A stretch of 64,000 nt of DNA, from positions 26,770,225-26,834,224 of the forward strand of contig CM120640.1 of NCBI GenBank assembly GCA_051362555.1, in the 5' to 3' direction. The position numbers and the translations under genes were made by a program. Positions 12,633 to 26,300 of this stretch are shown here, piece by piece. Positions within the stretch are counted from its first letter, which is position 1. Every line of letters starts with the position of its first letter. Source of the stretch: Lingula anatina. Taxonomy: Eukaryota > Animalia > Brachiopoda. The notes below the pieces were generated by a model. That model was not told the origin of the DNA. It saw only the letters and a program-made list of their open reading frames with translations, and did no database searches.

Positions 12633-15600
12633 TGGTTTCTTATTTAAGGTTCATTGTAGGAGTGGGGCATACATTCTTAAGTAGGATTAAAAAGATCATG
12701 CATGATCTCTGGTTGAATAGTTTTGGGTGGTATACAGTATTTACTTAGTCACAATTGTCGTGCAGAAAGACAAGAGCACAGACTTCAAGAACCATTTTAT
12801 GTGTGTTGTCCATAAGCCTTTTATTTCCCGATGATCCATGAGTATGAAGGACAGGTTTAATCATTTTGTCTTGTTAAGAAACTATTGTTTTTAATGGAAG
12901 TAAAAAGCCTGAAGACAAGAACGGTAACCTAAATTTGGTTAAAGCGAAGTGAACGAAAAAAATCCAAAATAAATGGCACAATTTTTTCTTTTAGACTGAA
13001 AAGAACACGAAAATTCACAAGAGCCATTTGACTCGTATTGTAGTAATTTAAAGATTCCGTGCAAATACCGATAGCGCTAGATCTATGTTGAAATGAGCAA
13101 TGCTTCCAACATCATAAAACAGTTTTTTTCGTGCCCATTGTCAGCGGAATCTATGTTTCTATACGTCTGGCATAGACGCCGGTACATCTAGGATAATAAA
13201 AAGGCGGAGGAGGGAACAAAAGACCTCCCTCATTCAAAAAGATATAGCTGAATTTGTCGAATTTGCAGTGCATCTGACCCTAATGTTAACATTTTTGAAA
13301 TAGGGAATTTTGAATTTTATGAAGTATATTTTTTAAAAATAATACTATATTTCGATACCGCTGACAAAATAATATATAATACGTATTATGTCTAACATAC
13401 TATCTAAAATGTCTCTTGGACTCATAAGGTATATAGCACCCGTGTGGACTAGCTATAGATTTGTCTTTTCTTTTAAATAGATGCAGTTGTAGACATCTCC
13501 TGAACCTGGTTCAACGTTTTATCATTGAGTCTTCCTACCCAAAATTAGATCGTGAATCTACTGTAGTCTATCCTTGCCCATATCCTGGGAGATAAACTTT
13601 ATGTAAAAGGCGAAAAAAATCGATTTGTTCAAATCTAATCGTTTGCCAAACCTGGCAAAATGCTTTGGTTCAAATGCAAAACAGCAAGACAAGGAAGGCA
13701 CTTGTTTTGAAACTGCCGTTCATGTTGCAGATAAGACACTCAATAAATAGTTCTTTTCGTTCTATTTCATTCAGTTCAAACCACAACCACATGTATTGGA
13801 ACGAGAAACTTTTCGTCTTCATTTAGCTACCATCACGACGTCTAAGGATTGTCTTTTTGGAAAATGTCTTTTACAAAATGCCCTCCTCAAAAATATAGTA
13901 ACAACATTTCGATATCACTTAACTTACTTAGGAATTTAATAAAGAAGACGAAGAAGATAGAAAGTAATCAAGGGGAAATGTAGTCTAAGGTATAACTGAA
14001 GGACAAATGAGCAGACGTCAGCATCAGTTCTACACCACATAAATGCACAGCACTTTGTATTCGACTCCTTTCCGTATAAACGAGTCATATGCTTGGGGGC
14101 TCTTTTTCCAAAGAGATTCTGTTTCAACTGTATTATTGGCACATATTCATAATGGAAAAAAAAAGAATTTCAGGGAGTGGTAAATTTACAAATCTCCAAT
14201 TACACCAATTTTATTCAATACACGTACCCTTGGAAAAAAATTGCGGCAACTGCATTTACCGCACCTATGTTCACATGCTTTTCCAATGCTCAAAGGTAAT
14301 GGTGCTTATAATATATAATATCTTTCAAGATAAAACATCTAAATTTTACTTGAAACCTAGATCATTGAAAGTTTCTGACACAGAGCACAAATAGCAGCCA
14401 TCGCCTTGTAATTAAAGTGCCCAACCCCCTCATCCATATCGAATGATCTTGTCGACCGGATCCGGAAAAATGCTTTTAATGCGTTACATGTAAAGAGACT
14501 TTGATCATTCCAGCTACCAAAGTCCATTGTGAAAATGGAGCTAGAAAAGCCATTTTGGGATTCCTGAGCATCAATGGACTGACGAGCTATGTCCACGGTT
14601 CGAACTAGAGCAAGGATAATGGCTTAGGTTAGCGGTTCCTTCACAAAGCTCGCCTTTGCATTGAGACTTGAATACGACTTTGAAATCCTTCCGTTTCATC
14701 GTTAGGCTAAGCTCCAGCACAAACATTTCACCCACCCATTTTTGACGTTAACTTTTTTCAGTAGAATTCCTAGTGCCGTATCTCATCAATCCAATTTTCT
14801 CAACTATAAAAAGTATAAAACATCCGCACTTGGGGGTCTTTTATGCATTCAGTCTGGGAATGGCGACAATTTGAAAATTTTCAGTTTTATCAAACACCCA
14901 TGTTACTTGTCGGTCCTTACAAATGCTGATTTAAGCATTTAAGTTCATATATAGTGAATGGTTGTGTGGTTCCCAGTTCAAGTACTTAATTTCCAGTAAA
15001 ATTTTAGAGTAGGACGCCTTAGCTTGTAACATCTTTACTTGCGAAAAACACTAATTGAACATAAGGGAAATTGGATAACAGATATAAAATATTAATTATA
15101 CAAGGGGTATCCTGTACGCTATTCTTCACGGACTACTGCAACGCCTCTACTGAAGTGATTTTATATTAGTCTTTACAGAGGACTGGGCAAGTTACTTTTC
15201 ATTACATATTCACAAAGAAGAGAAATAGGGCATCATAGAACTAGAACGCACTTTGAGTAAAACTTTTGTAGCTTTACAAAAAAGGGAGAGAATGAAACAA
15301 CATAACCCATAAAAGATACCCACATGCATTCTCCTCGTTGAAGAAGACCAATATGTTTGCCGTGATATGGTTTCGGTAGTTCTTGATACACCGACCTCAA
15401 AAAAAATCATTCGTTAATACAAAAGAATGACCTTTTTTAACTTTTGGCGAAGCTCATCAAAACTGCTATTTGGAGTAAATGAACCCTTTAATAAAGTACT
15501 CTTCGCGTAGATCACAGAAACGTCCCAACTTAATGCAGGTAAAGCATAATACAGCTTCGTTTTTCTTCAATTTTTTAAACAATTTACAACTTGGTGTCAA

Positions 15601-16213
15601 AGTCGCTGCACTTTTCATACTCTCCAAGTTGTCGTTTTTTTTTGGAACACAATACACATATCTGAATAAAAAAGTAAATAACACCAATCAACGCCCTTTG
15701 ACGTTTTAAGTTAAAGTTCTCATTTAATTTCTAAAACATGTATAGTCAATGGCTGAACTTAATAAAACTAAATCAGCATCATTTTCATATAAAGATAATT
15801 GACTCATCCAATTCTTGTAATAGTTATACAAGTTTCTGCTATACAGAGACATTTCTAGGCGTCAGACAAACCAGTAACCTTTGTAATGGCTTTTGAGGTG
15901 TTCTTGTTTTGCTGTATTGATTACGTAGCGGTTTTGTTCTTATCAGCAACCTTCAGTCAAAGAAATTGCGGAGATGTTTTAAAAACAGAAAAGTACACTC
16001 GACAAGCTCAAGAATGGCAAAAGTACTTTTCAAAAAAGCCACTGGGGTGCACAACCACAACTCATCCTGTTTCTGGCATAATTATAAACATTCTTAGATC
16101 TTGTAATACTTGAGAATGTGTCACGTGGTCATGCCTTACACCTCCCACGGTGACATCTACAATCCTATATATCTAACAAAAAGACATCTATAGTACACGT
16201 GGCAGTGCTAGGC

Positions 16214-16418
16214 AAAATAGGTACGTTTGGTGATTACCAAAAATGAAAAGCAGTACATTTTGAATTTGTTTAGTAAAAAATCCAAACATACTTACTTACT
16301 ATATAAATGAATCTATATAATAACTGCTTATGGTGTCCACCTTGAAAATAAATATGAACAAGGCTTAATTTTATTTGACAGTTATCAGTTTAATTCACAT
16401 CAGAAACGTACCTATTTT
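16214..16418. mobile_element. Short inverted-repeat (MITE-like) element
   Basis: aaaataggtacgttt at 16214 and its exact reverse complement aaacgtacctatttt ending at 16418, around an AT-rich core. Confidence 0.55.
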
Positions 16419-16868
16419 AAAATCATACATGTTTTGGCGCGATAGGTACCATCTACCAGAGTCACAGAGTGGATTTTTTTCACCAGATATTGGCAGATAT
16501 TTTTCTGGCTATTTACCAGCTGTGCACATCTCTATCCTGTGACCAGCTAGGATTTTTGGGCACAAGATTGCCATCCCTCAGCTGGCCAGTGGTAGAAAGC
16601 ATCATACATGTAAATGGCTGCCATTCTCTCCTATGTCTCTACATTATTCCCAAGACCCACCAAGGGAGGATCCTAGATTATTGTAAGGGTCAATATTAGA
16701 ATCACAGGGTTTATATACACCGTTCACAAGCAATTCAGTGCTTGTAAAAACTACCAGAGCATTAATTTCCTGCCGAGTACCCCCTTGAGCCTAAACCACC
16801 ATCAAATTAGAATGTTACTGCCTCTTGGCCTAGCTAATCCTGAAGAACATCGTGGAGTACTTATCTAC
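16350..16868 (-). other. Probable non-coding 3'-UTR exon of THOC5
   Basis: The stop codon is immediately followed by a consensus donor (TAA|gtgagt, GT at 17982-17981). Acceptor gttttatttcag|G with the exon starting at 16868. Minus-strand AATAAA at 16375-16370; the left boundary is approximate. Confidence 0.55.
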
Positions 16869-17982
16869 CTGAAATAAAACACAATAACAAAATGAGCAGG
16901 TGTAATATGGCGATACAATACAAACACATGAGTAGCAGGTCAGAGTGCCACCCATGAGAAACTGTAGAGATTTATCTTTCAGAAGCACATGTTTTTTTGC
17001 AAATTATTCCCCTGTCTTATCAAGGGAGCCTTTTTTCACAACTTTATAGGGTTTTTGTTTTGTTTTCAGGAACATGTGTCTAATGCAGGAAGTACAAATA
17101 CGAGCAAGAGTTGCATGCCCCATTAGTGCTGAAGTAAACACGAAAATATTCAATCATGATAGTCCATATCATCACCTTGGGAAAAAGGCTTTCACAAATG
17201 AAATAACATTAATATTAATATTAATAAGCAAAGGTCAATAGCAGATCAATACAATTTGGTTTACTGTTCTACTTATTTGAAAAAAATGTTCTATCTGCTG
17301 GATGCTATCTAATAACATTGTTCATAAAGCTAAGCTTACAAAGTTGTTTCATATTTCTAATTTCATGTTTGGGTGATGCATGAAGGAAATATTAGTTTTT
17401 TTATGAATGTAATCAAAATTGGAGACACAAATATGAGCAAGAATTGCATGTTCGATTAACATTTTGGAAAACATGAACATATTCAATTATTAGCATTGTC
17501 ACTGGAGGGCTTTGGGAATAAAAGTCTCTGTTGGGAAATTGAGATCCTATCTGCAAATAGAATGCAAGAAAAAAATACCTGCACTCAATTTTCTTGGCAC
17601 CTGTATAAGGAATAAATATTCCAGCAACTTTTCAGATAACACATTTGCATTAAAATGTTATCACCCTCCATTGTACAAATGCACACTTCCTTATTATAAT
17701 TAAAGTTACCCTTTATCCCATAGCAAAAGTAAAATTTTAAAATATTTAACTAGTTAATTCTTATAAAAAGCCATTTTTGTAGATTGATATTTCAGATTAA
17801 AAATCTGCCAATTTTCATGCACTAAAAATGCATTTTTTGATCTGTTACACAAAGTAAGATCAAAATCGCTTGGGAGGAAATTCCATTGATTAGACTTTTA
17901 ACCAAATTGATTCTTCCCACATGAACTGTGTAATATTTTCTTTTTTAAATGTTATAAAAATATCATCAGAAATGATACTCAC

Positions 17983-20298
17983 TTATCGTTGGGTGAAAAT
18001 TCCCATCTGAGGCAGGTATTTGTATGGTTTGCTTCTAATAGGTCCCCTGTGAAAATAACAAATAATCAAATTAAAGCTTTAAGTCTGAAGGACATACAAA
18101 CAATAATAAATAGATATGATATGTACACAGGGAGTGTTATGAAATGTTTAGCTGCAAGTCCCATTTAAACAATGCTTTTTGCGTTTATCTCTATGGGCTT
18201 AGCTATGTATTCTGTGGTATAATCCTAACTTGAATGATGCAACTTTCTATCTAAAATTCAGAATAATCTGCAATTTAGAATAAAATAGCATTTGAGTAAA
18301 TACAGAGGACGTCCATGCAATGCTGTATTCAGATAACTGAGCATGCCTAATCTACCAGCTAAAAATTAGAACAGTATTTAACTTATGTGGCCAGTGAAAT
18401 ATTTAGATAATAAATTGAATCAAACTATTAAAAAGCAATGATCATTAAGGTCACCGGGTGCGGGTCTGTTTTCATTTTGCCACCCGCTGAAGTGATTCCA
18501 TCAACGAAAATCTCAAGGGAAGTTGACACTCAATTAGGTTAATGAGAGACTACCTCGGTAGCCATGCTGGGAGTAAGACACGTTAGTTGTATCTTTGTTG
18601 TGATCTGTGACGTGAAATATTCAAACATATTCAATAATACATAAAAGATGTAACTCCTCCAGGTAGTAATGGCGGTTACATGGATTCACTTGTGAGGCTT
18701 ATGATCAAATGTTTAAAGGTACATACGAACCGAGCATCGGTGGAGTGTGGATTCCCAGTAACACATGTAAACCACTTCTACTAGTTTCTTATACGACTCA
18801 AATCAATTCGACATGCCAAGGGATAAACTGAATAGATCACTCGATCAGTCATAAAAGAGCTTCAGACTGCTCCTTTCTTTAAATTTTTGGTCGGAAATTT
18901 AACCTACTTTCATGACCTACTTTTCTGCCCCATTGACATACAGCATAGAATGCTAGCAGAAAAATCCGGTCAAGCATCATTTTGGGTAAAATTAAACAAT
19001 GCCTTTTGGTGATTCTCTTAGTTATACTACTTGAAACTATATGCTGGCATTTTGTCGGTTTTTGTGGCAAAAAATTGACTTTGTATGCATCTTTTAAAAA
19101 TATGGTCATGTTCTGGTTAACTCTCTATTGCCATGTCACGAATATAAAGACAATGACCAAGAGGGTTGAAAAAACAATTAATGAAAAAGAAGAGAGCATA
19201 TTCTCCAATACCTCAATATGACAGCTGACACTTGGTGGTTGAATCAAATACCAAAAAGGTTCCATATTTTAGAAGATGAAGTCTCTTCCCCCTTAAAGCA
19301 ACATGGTCAAAATAATAAGGATAGAAGCTACTTCTGTTTTATCTTCAATTAGAGATCATGACATTCATCTAGTGTTATTTCTTACAGTGTGATGATGGCA
19401 CTTTCTATGTCTGTCTGTAACAGACCCAAAACATTCATCTTCCTTGATGACAAAGAGCGTCATTTCTGTGTATCTGAGCAGAACTTAGATAACCAATGTA
19501 CCTTAAAACAGCAATTACTTCTGTCAGGGTGAGAAGATCAGGCTGATATGACACAAGTTTGGTTGTTGCAAAAAAAAAAAAAAAGATTATTTGGATCTAC
19601 CACTATATAATCTAAAAAGACATGTTTCAGGGAAATCTGAAGAAGCAGTTTACCTGCTTGAAAATAATTTAAAAAAAACTTTTCAAAGGAATTTCTGAGG
19701 GTTTCAATAATCTAGTGCTCTATAACCACTACACTGCTGTTATTACAAAAACATAAAATATACTCCCACACTAAAAGGAACATGCTGTAAAGCAAAGAAA
19801 AAAATTATGACGGGATCATGTGTTCATCTTTCTTCAAAAGATTTATTACCCACTTAAAAAATGGCATATCACCTTAAACAAAATGTTGCTACTGTGACAA
19901 CCATATACTGTAGTAAGGAAATTTTTGTATCAATAAATCATATTTCTTTTATACTTTTAGATCAAGCTGACCTGGTGAAAATGTATGGAGACATAATAAT
20001 AATAATAATATGACTTTTAATTACATAAATCTCAGATATTACTGAAGGTGAATAAGAATGATCATATTTGTGAATTTTAGGAAAGTTTATAGGAAAACTT
20101 TTAATCAATTTCTCTATTATACTTTTGCTTAACCTCCCATATTCTTCACTTAGAGTTTTTTGGGCTTCCTCTTCTAATGTGTTACAAATTTCTATGTTCC
20201 AGAATAAATACCACGAGGTGGTGTAGGATAAATTTTTATCCAATTCAATTGGATTATTTACAAGCTATGAAATGTTTTTCTTCATGTCTAACCATTAC

Positions 20299-20340
<42 letters not shown>

Positions 20341-23300
20341 ATGATGGTTATCAATTTCACACCAACACATCCACTAAAGCAATCTATTGTGATAGAGGAA
20401 GGGGTGAGATTTTATGACAAAAGGATTTACTGTGTTAAAGAAAATCACTGGGTGAGACAATCACTGTAGTAGGATGCAGGCACATGCTGAGATAAAAAAA
20501 AACAAAATGCAATAAATTATTTTAAATTACATTGTCTAATATTGATTCTTGAACTTAATATTTTATAATTTTATTAAAAAATGAAATTAAATGCCCACAG
20601 AAAAAAATGTAATGTGCTGACTTTCAAACTTGATATTTTTTATATTTCTACCAAATAAAATTATTACAAAAAAAAACAAGGCAGCAAAGCTGTCAAATGT
20701 ACAGACAAAAAGCAGGAAATAACTATTCACAAAATAGGCTACTGTCAATTCTGATGCAAAAGTACATTATGTTAAACTGTAAATTCAACATCAAATTTTA
20801 ATTATGCTCAACAGGTAATACCAATGAAAGTAAAATGTGTAACAAGCATAAGGCTTCAGGCCCATGAGAGTTCAAGTTCACACTTTGAAAATGTATAACT
20901 TCCAGAAAAAGAAGCCAATTAGACTGCTTTTCCAACTCAGGCTGCATGCCGATTTTCGAACTTGACCTCCGTTTTAGTAAGATCGATTACTCCTGAGAGT
21001 TTCACGACAACAGGCCTATCGGTTTTCCTTGAAATGTATTTACAGTGTTGCATATATGTTGAAAAGTGAAAGAAAAAAGCATAACTTCTACAATAATGGC
21101 CCGATCATCCTGATTTTCGAACTTGACCTGCGTTTTATGAATATTCATCAGCTCTTTAAATATAAAGCCCAAAAGTAAAACTGCCTTCCACTTATCGTGT
21201 TTACAATGAAAGTGCATGGCAACGGCGATGACGGCGACGACAGACGCAGGTGATGGCAATATGTACAGACACATCTGTACATATTTACTGTACTGTTTGA
21301 GAACAGTAAGTGACATGGTTTTTCTTAAATGGTCATCATGGGAGCAGTGCCCAAAATAGGTTTTTTTCAAATTTTGATGCAATATTACATAATGTTTTAC
21401 AGCATAATGACCATCAATTTTTAATAATAAAATATGAGTATCATGGATATTCAGAAAATGTGACTAGCAAAGGTCTTCAGGCCCATGGAACTTCAAAGCC
21501 ACAACTTGAAAATGCCAAAATGTAAACAAGACAGCACTGTTCTGAAATGGGTTTATTTCCATTTTTAACAATTTTAAACAATTTTTAACATAAAACAAAA
21601 TAAACAGTTTACTGCCATTTTTATATTATCAACTAAGAAAATTGATGAGATGGGAAAAATATCAACAGAGCAGTGTTAAATGTCCAATTTCTTCCATCCT
21701 GAGATTCTGAACATAGTGAATGATTGAATCTGACAAACTGCAATGATATGAGTTTATTTCCATTTTTGAAACTTTATTACACAATACACAATAACAAGTT
21801 TAACATCATTTTTACAAAATCAACTAACAATGTTGTAAAGATGCAGGAAATGTCAAAAAAACACTTTTACATATCTTATTAATTAAATAATGAAACTGAT
21901 AACATGCCTAAGAATTGAATCTAAGGAAATGTGAAAAACAGCATAACTTCTAAAATAATGGCCCGATTATGCTGTTTGAATTTAACCTGCGTTTTAGCAG
22001 GATTGACCACTCCTGTGAGTTTAATGACAATTGGCCTATCTGTTTTTCTTATATTGTGTTTACAGTGTTGCATATATGCTGAAAAAAGAAAAAAAAGCAT
22101 AACTACTAAAATAGTGGCCCGATCATGCCAATTTTCGAACTTGACCTGCGTTTTAGTAAGATCAATTTTTCCTGTGAGTTTCATGACAACAGGCCTATCG
22201 GTTTTCGTTGAAATGTGTTAACAGTGTTGCATATATGCTGAAAAGTGAAAAAACAGTATAACTTCTACAATAATGGCCCGATCATCCTGATTTTCGAACT
22301 TGACCTGCATTTTATGAATATTCATCAGCTCTGTAAATATAAAGCCAAAAAGTAAAACTGCCTTCCACTTATCGTGTTTACAATGAAAGTGCACGGCAAC
22401 GACGGCGACGGCGACGACAGACGCAGGTGATTGAAATATGTACAGACACATCTATATATATTTACTGTACTGTTTGAGAACAGTAAGTGACATGGTTTTT
22501 CTTAAATGGTCATCATGGGAGCAGTGCCCAAAATAGGTTTTTTTCAAATTTTGATGCAATATTACATAATTTTTAACAGCATGATGATCATCAATTTTTA
22601 ATAATAAAATATTAGTATCATGGATATTCAGAAAATGTGACTAGCAAAGGTCTTCAGGCCCATGGAACTTCAAAGTCACAACTTGAAAATGCCAAAATGT
22701 AAAAAAGACAGCACTGTTCTGAAATGTTTTTTTTCCATTTTTAACAATTTTTAACATAAAACAAAATAAACAGTTTACTGCCATTTTTATATTATCAACT
22801 AAGAAAATTGATGAGATGGGAAAAATATCAACAGAGCAGTGTTAAATGTCCAATTTCTTCCATTCTGAGATTCTGAACATAGTGAATGATTGAATCTGAC
22901 AAACTGCAATGATACGAGTTTATTTCCATTTTTGAAACTTTATTACACAATACACAATAACAAGTTTAACATCATTTTTACAAAATCAACTAACAATGTT
23001 GTAAAGATGCAGGAAATGTCAAACAAACACTTTTACGTATCTTATTAGTTTAATAATGAGACTGTTAACATGCCTAAGAATTGAATCTGAGGAAATGTGA
23101 AAAATATGCTGAAAAGTGAAAAAACAGCATAACTTCTACAATAATGGCCCGATCATGCTGATTTTCGAACTTGACCTGCGTTTTATGAATATTCATCAGC
23201 TCTGTAAATATAAAGCCAAAAAGTAAAACTGCCCTCCACTTATCGTGTTTACAAGGAAAGTGCACGGTGCCGGCATCGCCATCGGCATCGCCATCGGCAT

Positions 23301-26300
23301 CGCCATCGGCGACGACAGACGCAGGTGATGGCAATATGTACAGACACATCTGTGTCTGTACATAAAAAGGGTATACAAATGTTTTGGATGGAAACTATAA
23401 CAGGTGACATGGACAAAACTTGGGAACTTGTTTTTCACTTCGAAGGAAACCGAGTTCATAAGAGAGAGCGAGGGTGCCTGCAACATATTTCTGAGAAACA
23501 AAAAGTGCCTTAGATTAAAGCAAGCACTATATCTATTTACCTTGTCATCCTTGGACAAATCTTCTCCTTGGGGAATTCTGCTGGGCCCTCCATGGCCTCA
23601 TTACCAGCCTCTGTCTCCAGGAACAGGTCAAAACACATCAACATCCTCTGAATCTGATTAGTTAACAGTTGGTCATGTGACTTCCCCTTGATCAGCTCGC
23701 CATAGTGAATGTTCACCTCTGCTTCCATGTCCTGCGAAGATTTAAACAAATTGGGGCATAAAGTGACCTTAATCACATCAAAGCCTGATCTAGAAGTAAA
23801 ATAATCTCCATTCATTTTTCTCCTCAAGACAACCACCATGTTATCTTTTCAATAATATGAGTATTGATTAATGGCGATGGGTACATCTTTGTGGTGTTCA
23901 ACATGTTGCTCGACCTAGATTAAGTCAATTATTTTGATTAATTAGCTAATACTGTTAATGATTCATGTTAATCGACGGTGAGTATAATTAGAATGCTGTT
24001 ATTATAGTAGATTACTGCTTAGATAAATGGAACTCTGCGTCTAGGAGATTAGCTGAAACAATCCACTAAATTGACTTTTCGGGCCATTATGGATTGACTC
24101 CTTCTAACACGTATTCTTCTTAACATAAATGTGCAAATATAATCTAGAATGAGGGTCTGATCAAACCACATTAACACAAGCTAAAATGAAAAATCAATTG
24201 CTTTACAATTTTCTCCTTTTTTAAAATATCATACAAGAATCTACTCTTTTTTAACATTTGTAGTTAAGTAATGAGCCCTGAGGTATGATTTTTTCATCCA
24301 ATCATGGAAAAAGCATGAATAAAGTGACCTCTTACTGTTAAGTACCAAGGTTTCTCTGTGATATTTGTTGATAAATTTCCTATATTTTCTCCTCTGAATC
24401 ATACAATACGTTAATAAGACGATTTGGTAAAATATTTTTATGAAATAAAGAAGGAAAAAACACTGCCGTCTTTTTTCATTGTCAGCATCTGAATACGTCT
24501 TTTACAAGTAATGTACTTTAAATGATTTCTGCGTGATATATTTCTTATATTCCTAAGCAATGCTAAAAGTACATTTTGACCCAACCCCTTCACCTCTATA
24601 CTAACATTACAGAACAAGAGGAATATAGCATATATGCTGTGATATTTTCTTCAGTTAAAATTTCTTTCAACATGTAATGAATTCCTTTCTACAGTAATAG
24701 AAAAGAGTAAAAATTTTTTCAATAATTGACAATGGGGGAGGGCTAGGGTATCTCATATTAAAAGTAGTAAAAAACACAAATCACAACCAAATATTGAACA
24801 TTATACTTGAGTTTGTTCTATTCTTTTAATAGGTATGTCATATTATTTAAGTCGGTTTAGATCAAGGAGACCAAATATGATCTTCACTGTATACTAGATG
24901 GATTGTAAAATTTGTCACTGTGGATTCCACCACATATGTTCATTAAAAACCCTTTCTTGAAGTATGAAAAGTCTTTTTTTTTTCTAAATGCTTCATTCAG
25001 CAAAGTACAGTGTGATTTTCATCTCTCTCCGCCCAAACACAACCGCTTGAAATCACCTTAAGCAGAGAGCTTCAATCATCCACAAAACACACTCCCAAGG
25101 GTCTTAGCTAAAAGGTGTGACATTACAGGATAGTTTCATTTTCTACTGCATTCATACGGTTCCATAAAGGTAATTGGGTAGGGCACATTTCACATTAATG
25201 ATCAGAAAAAGGAAGAAATTGAAGGCTATAGTTTAGACTTGGTGGAATGAAGTAGCATCACCTGCATTCTATATATGGTTTGAATTGTCTGGCATGGGCA
25301 GGTGATATTTCATATCAAAAAATGTTTTCATAATTTCTTAGAAAAAAAAATATGGCCTGTGGGTAATAGCATTTCACTTATCTTGAAGTGTTGCCACAAT
25401 CAAGAAACGACTCTCAAGTTTGTCATGCAACCACACTCAATTTGTGGTATTTGCTCAAAATGCCAATTACACAGGAAAGCAGATCTATTGAAGAATTCTG
25501 CGAACATTTTCTTCCAATTTCTTGACAAAATAGTGGATTGCCTTGGAGATGATGGCAGTGGAATGCATTTTGGTTATGACAAATGACAATTTATTTATCA
25601 TTACATCACTTTCAAAACCAACCAGTTCATTATTAGCCTGTTCATTTGGTCTTAAGATAAAATTTCAACAAGAGCACGAGTAAGTGTGGCAATATACTGC
25701 TGGGGGAATTGCAAAGTGATGAAACCTGGTATGTTGTATGGTACAATAATGCTGTTAAACACCACACAGGAAGCATGACTATCATAAATATTAGGTAATC
25801 ATAGCTTTGGTTAAAGGGGGGGTCTTGGTGTTGTAGGCAGTTACATAGTATATTTTCCCTTAAATTTTGCCGATTTTCTTATTAATACCAACACATACCT
25901 GACATGAATTTGTTGAAAAATAAAGATTAAATTATAGGTTTATGAGATCAACTTTGGAAAAAAAATGCCCCTTTGTTTTTCAGTACTGATTACCTCTGCA
26001 AGGAAGTTATTTTACCTTCATTACTGCAGAATCCCTCTTTGGGGATTTCTGCAGTCTGTTGCTCATTCTGTTTGTGAGAGCGTTTTTGTGTTTGTTTGCG
26101 AGTTTGTATGTTGGCTTGCACCTTCTGGCTCACAATGGGAAGGTAACATTCTTTTTTTCTTCTTGAATCATTGCACTGGTACGCAGAACTAAGCACCAAT
26201 TTATGGTGATGATACAGATTGTCACTTATTATCTATTTATAGCAGTAAAATGTAACATTCTACAGGCTTTGATTTTGTCTAAGTTCTTTATCTATCCTGG

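Noticed and set aside
18852-18895. Sm-site-like AATTTTTGG with an AAAAGAGCTTC start (U11/SL/U7 idea)
   Set aside because: Spacing and surrounding sequence do not fit any snRNA I recognise; such motifs are expected by chance in AT-rich DNA.
19388-19480. C/D-box snoRNA-like arrangement (GTGATGA ... TGATGA ... CTGA)
   Set aside because: Antisense to the host gene, no terminal stem, no D' box, and the guide matches U6 only imperfectly.
21002-23349. Repeated ORFs ([14 protein letters not shown]..., GDADGDAD) as a tandem gene family
   Set aside because: They are translations of the non-coding tandem repeat and microsatellite; frames differ between copies and there is no splice structure.
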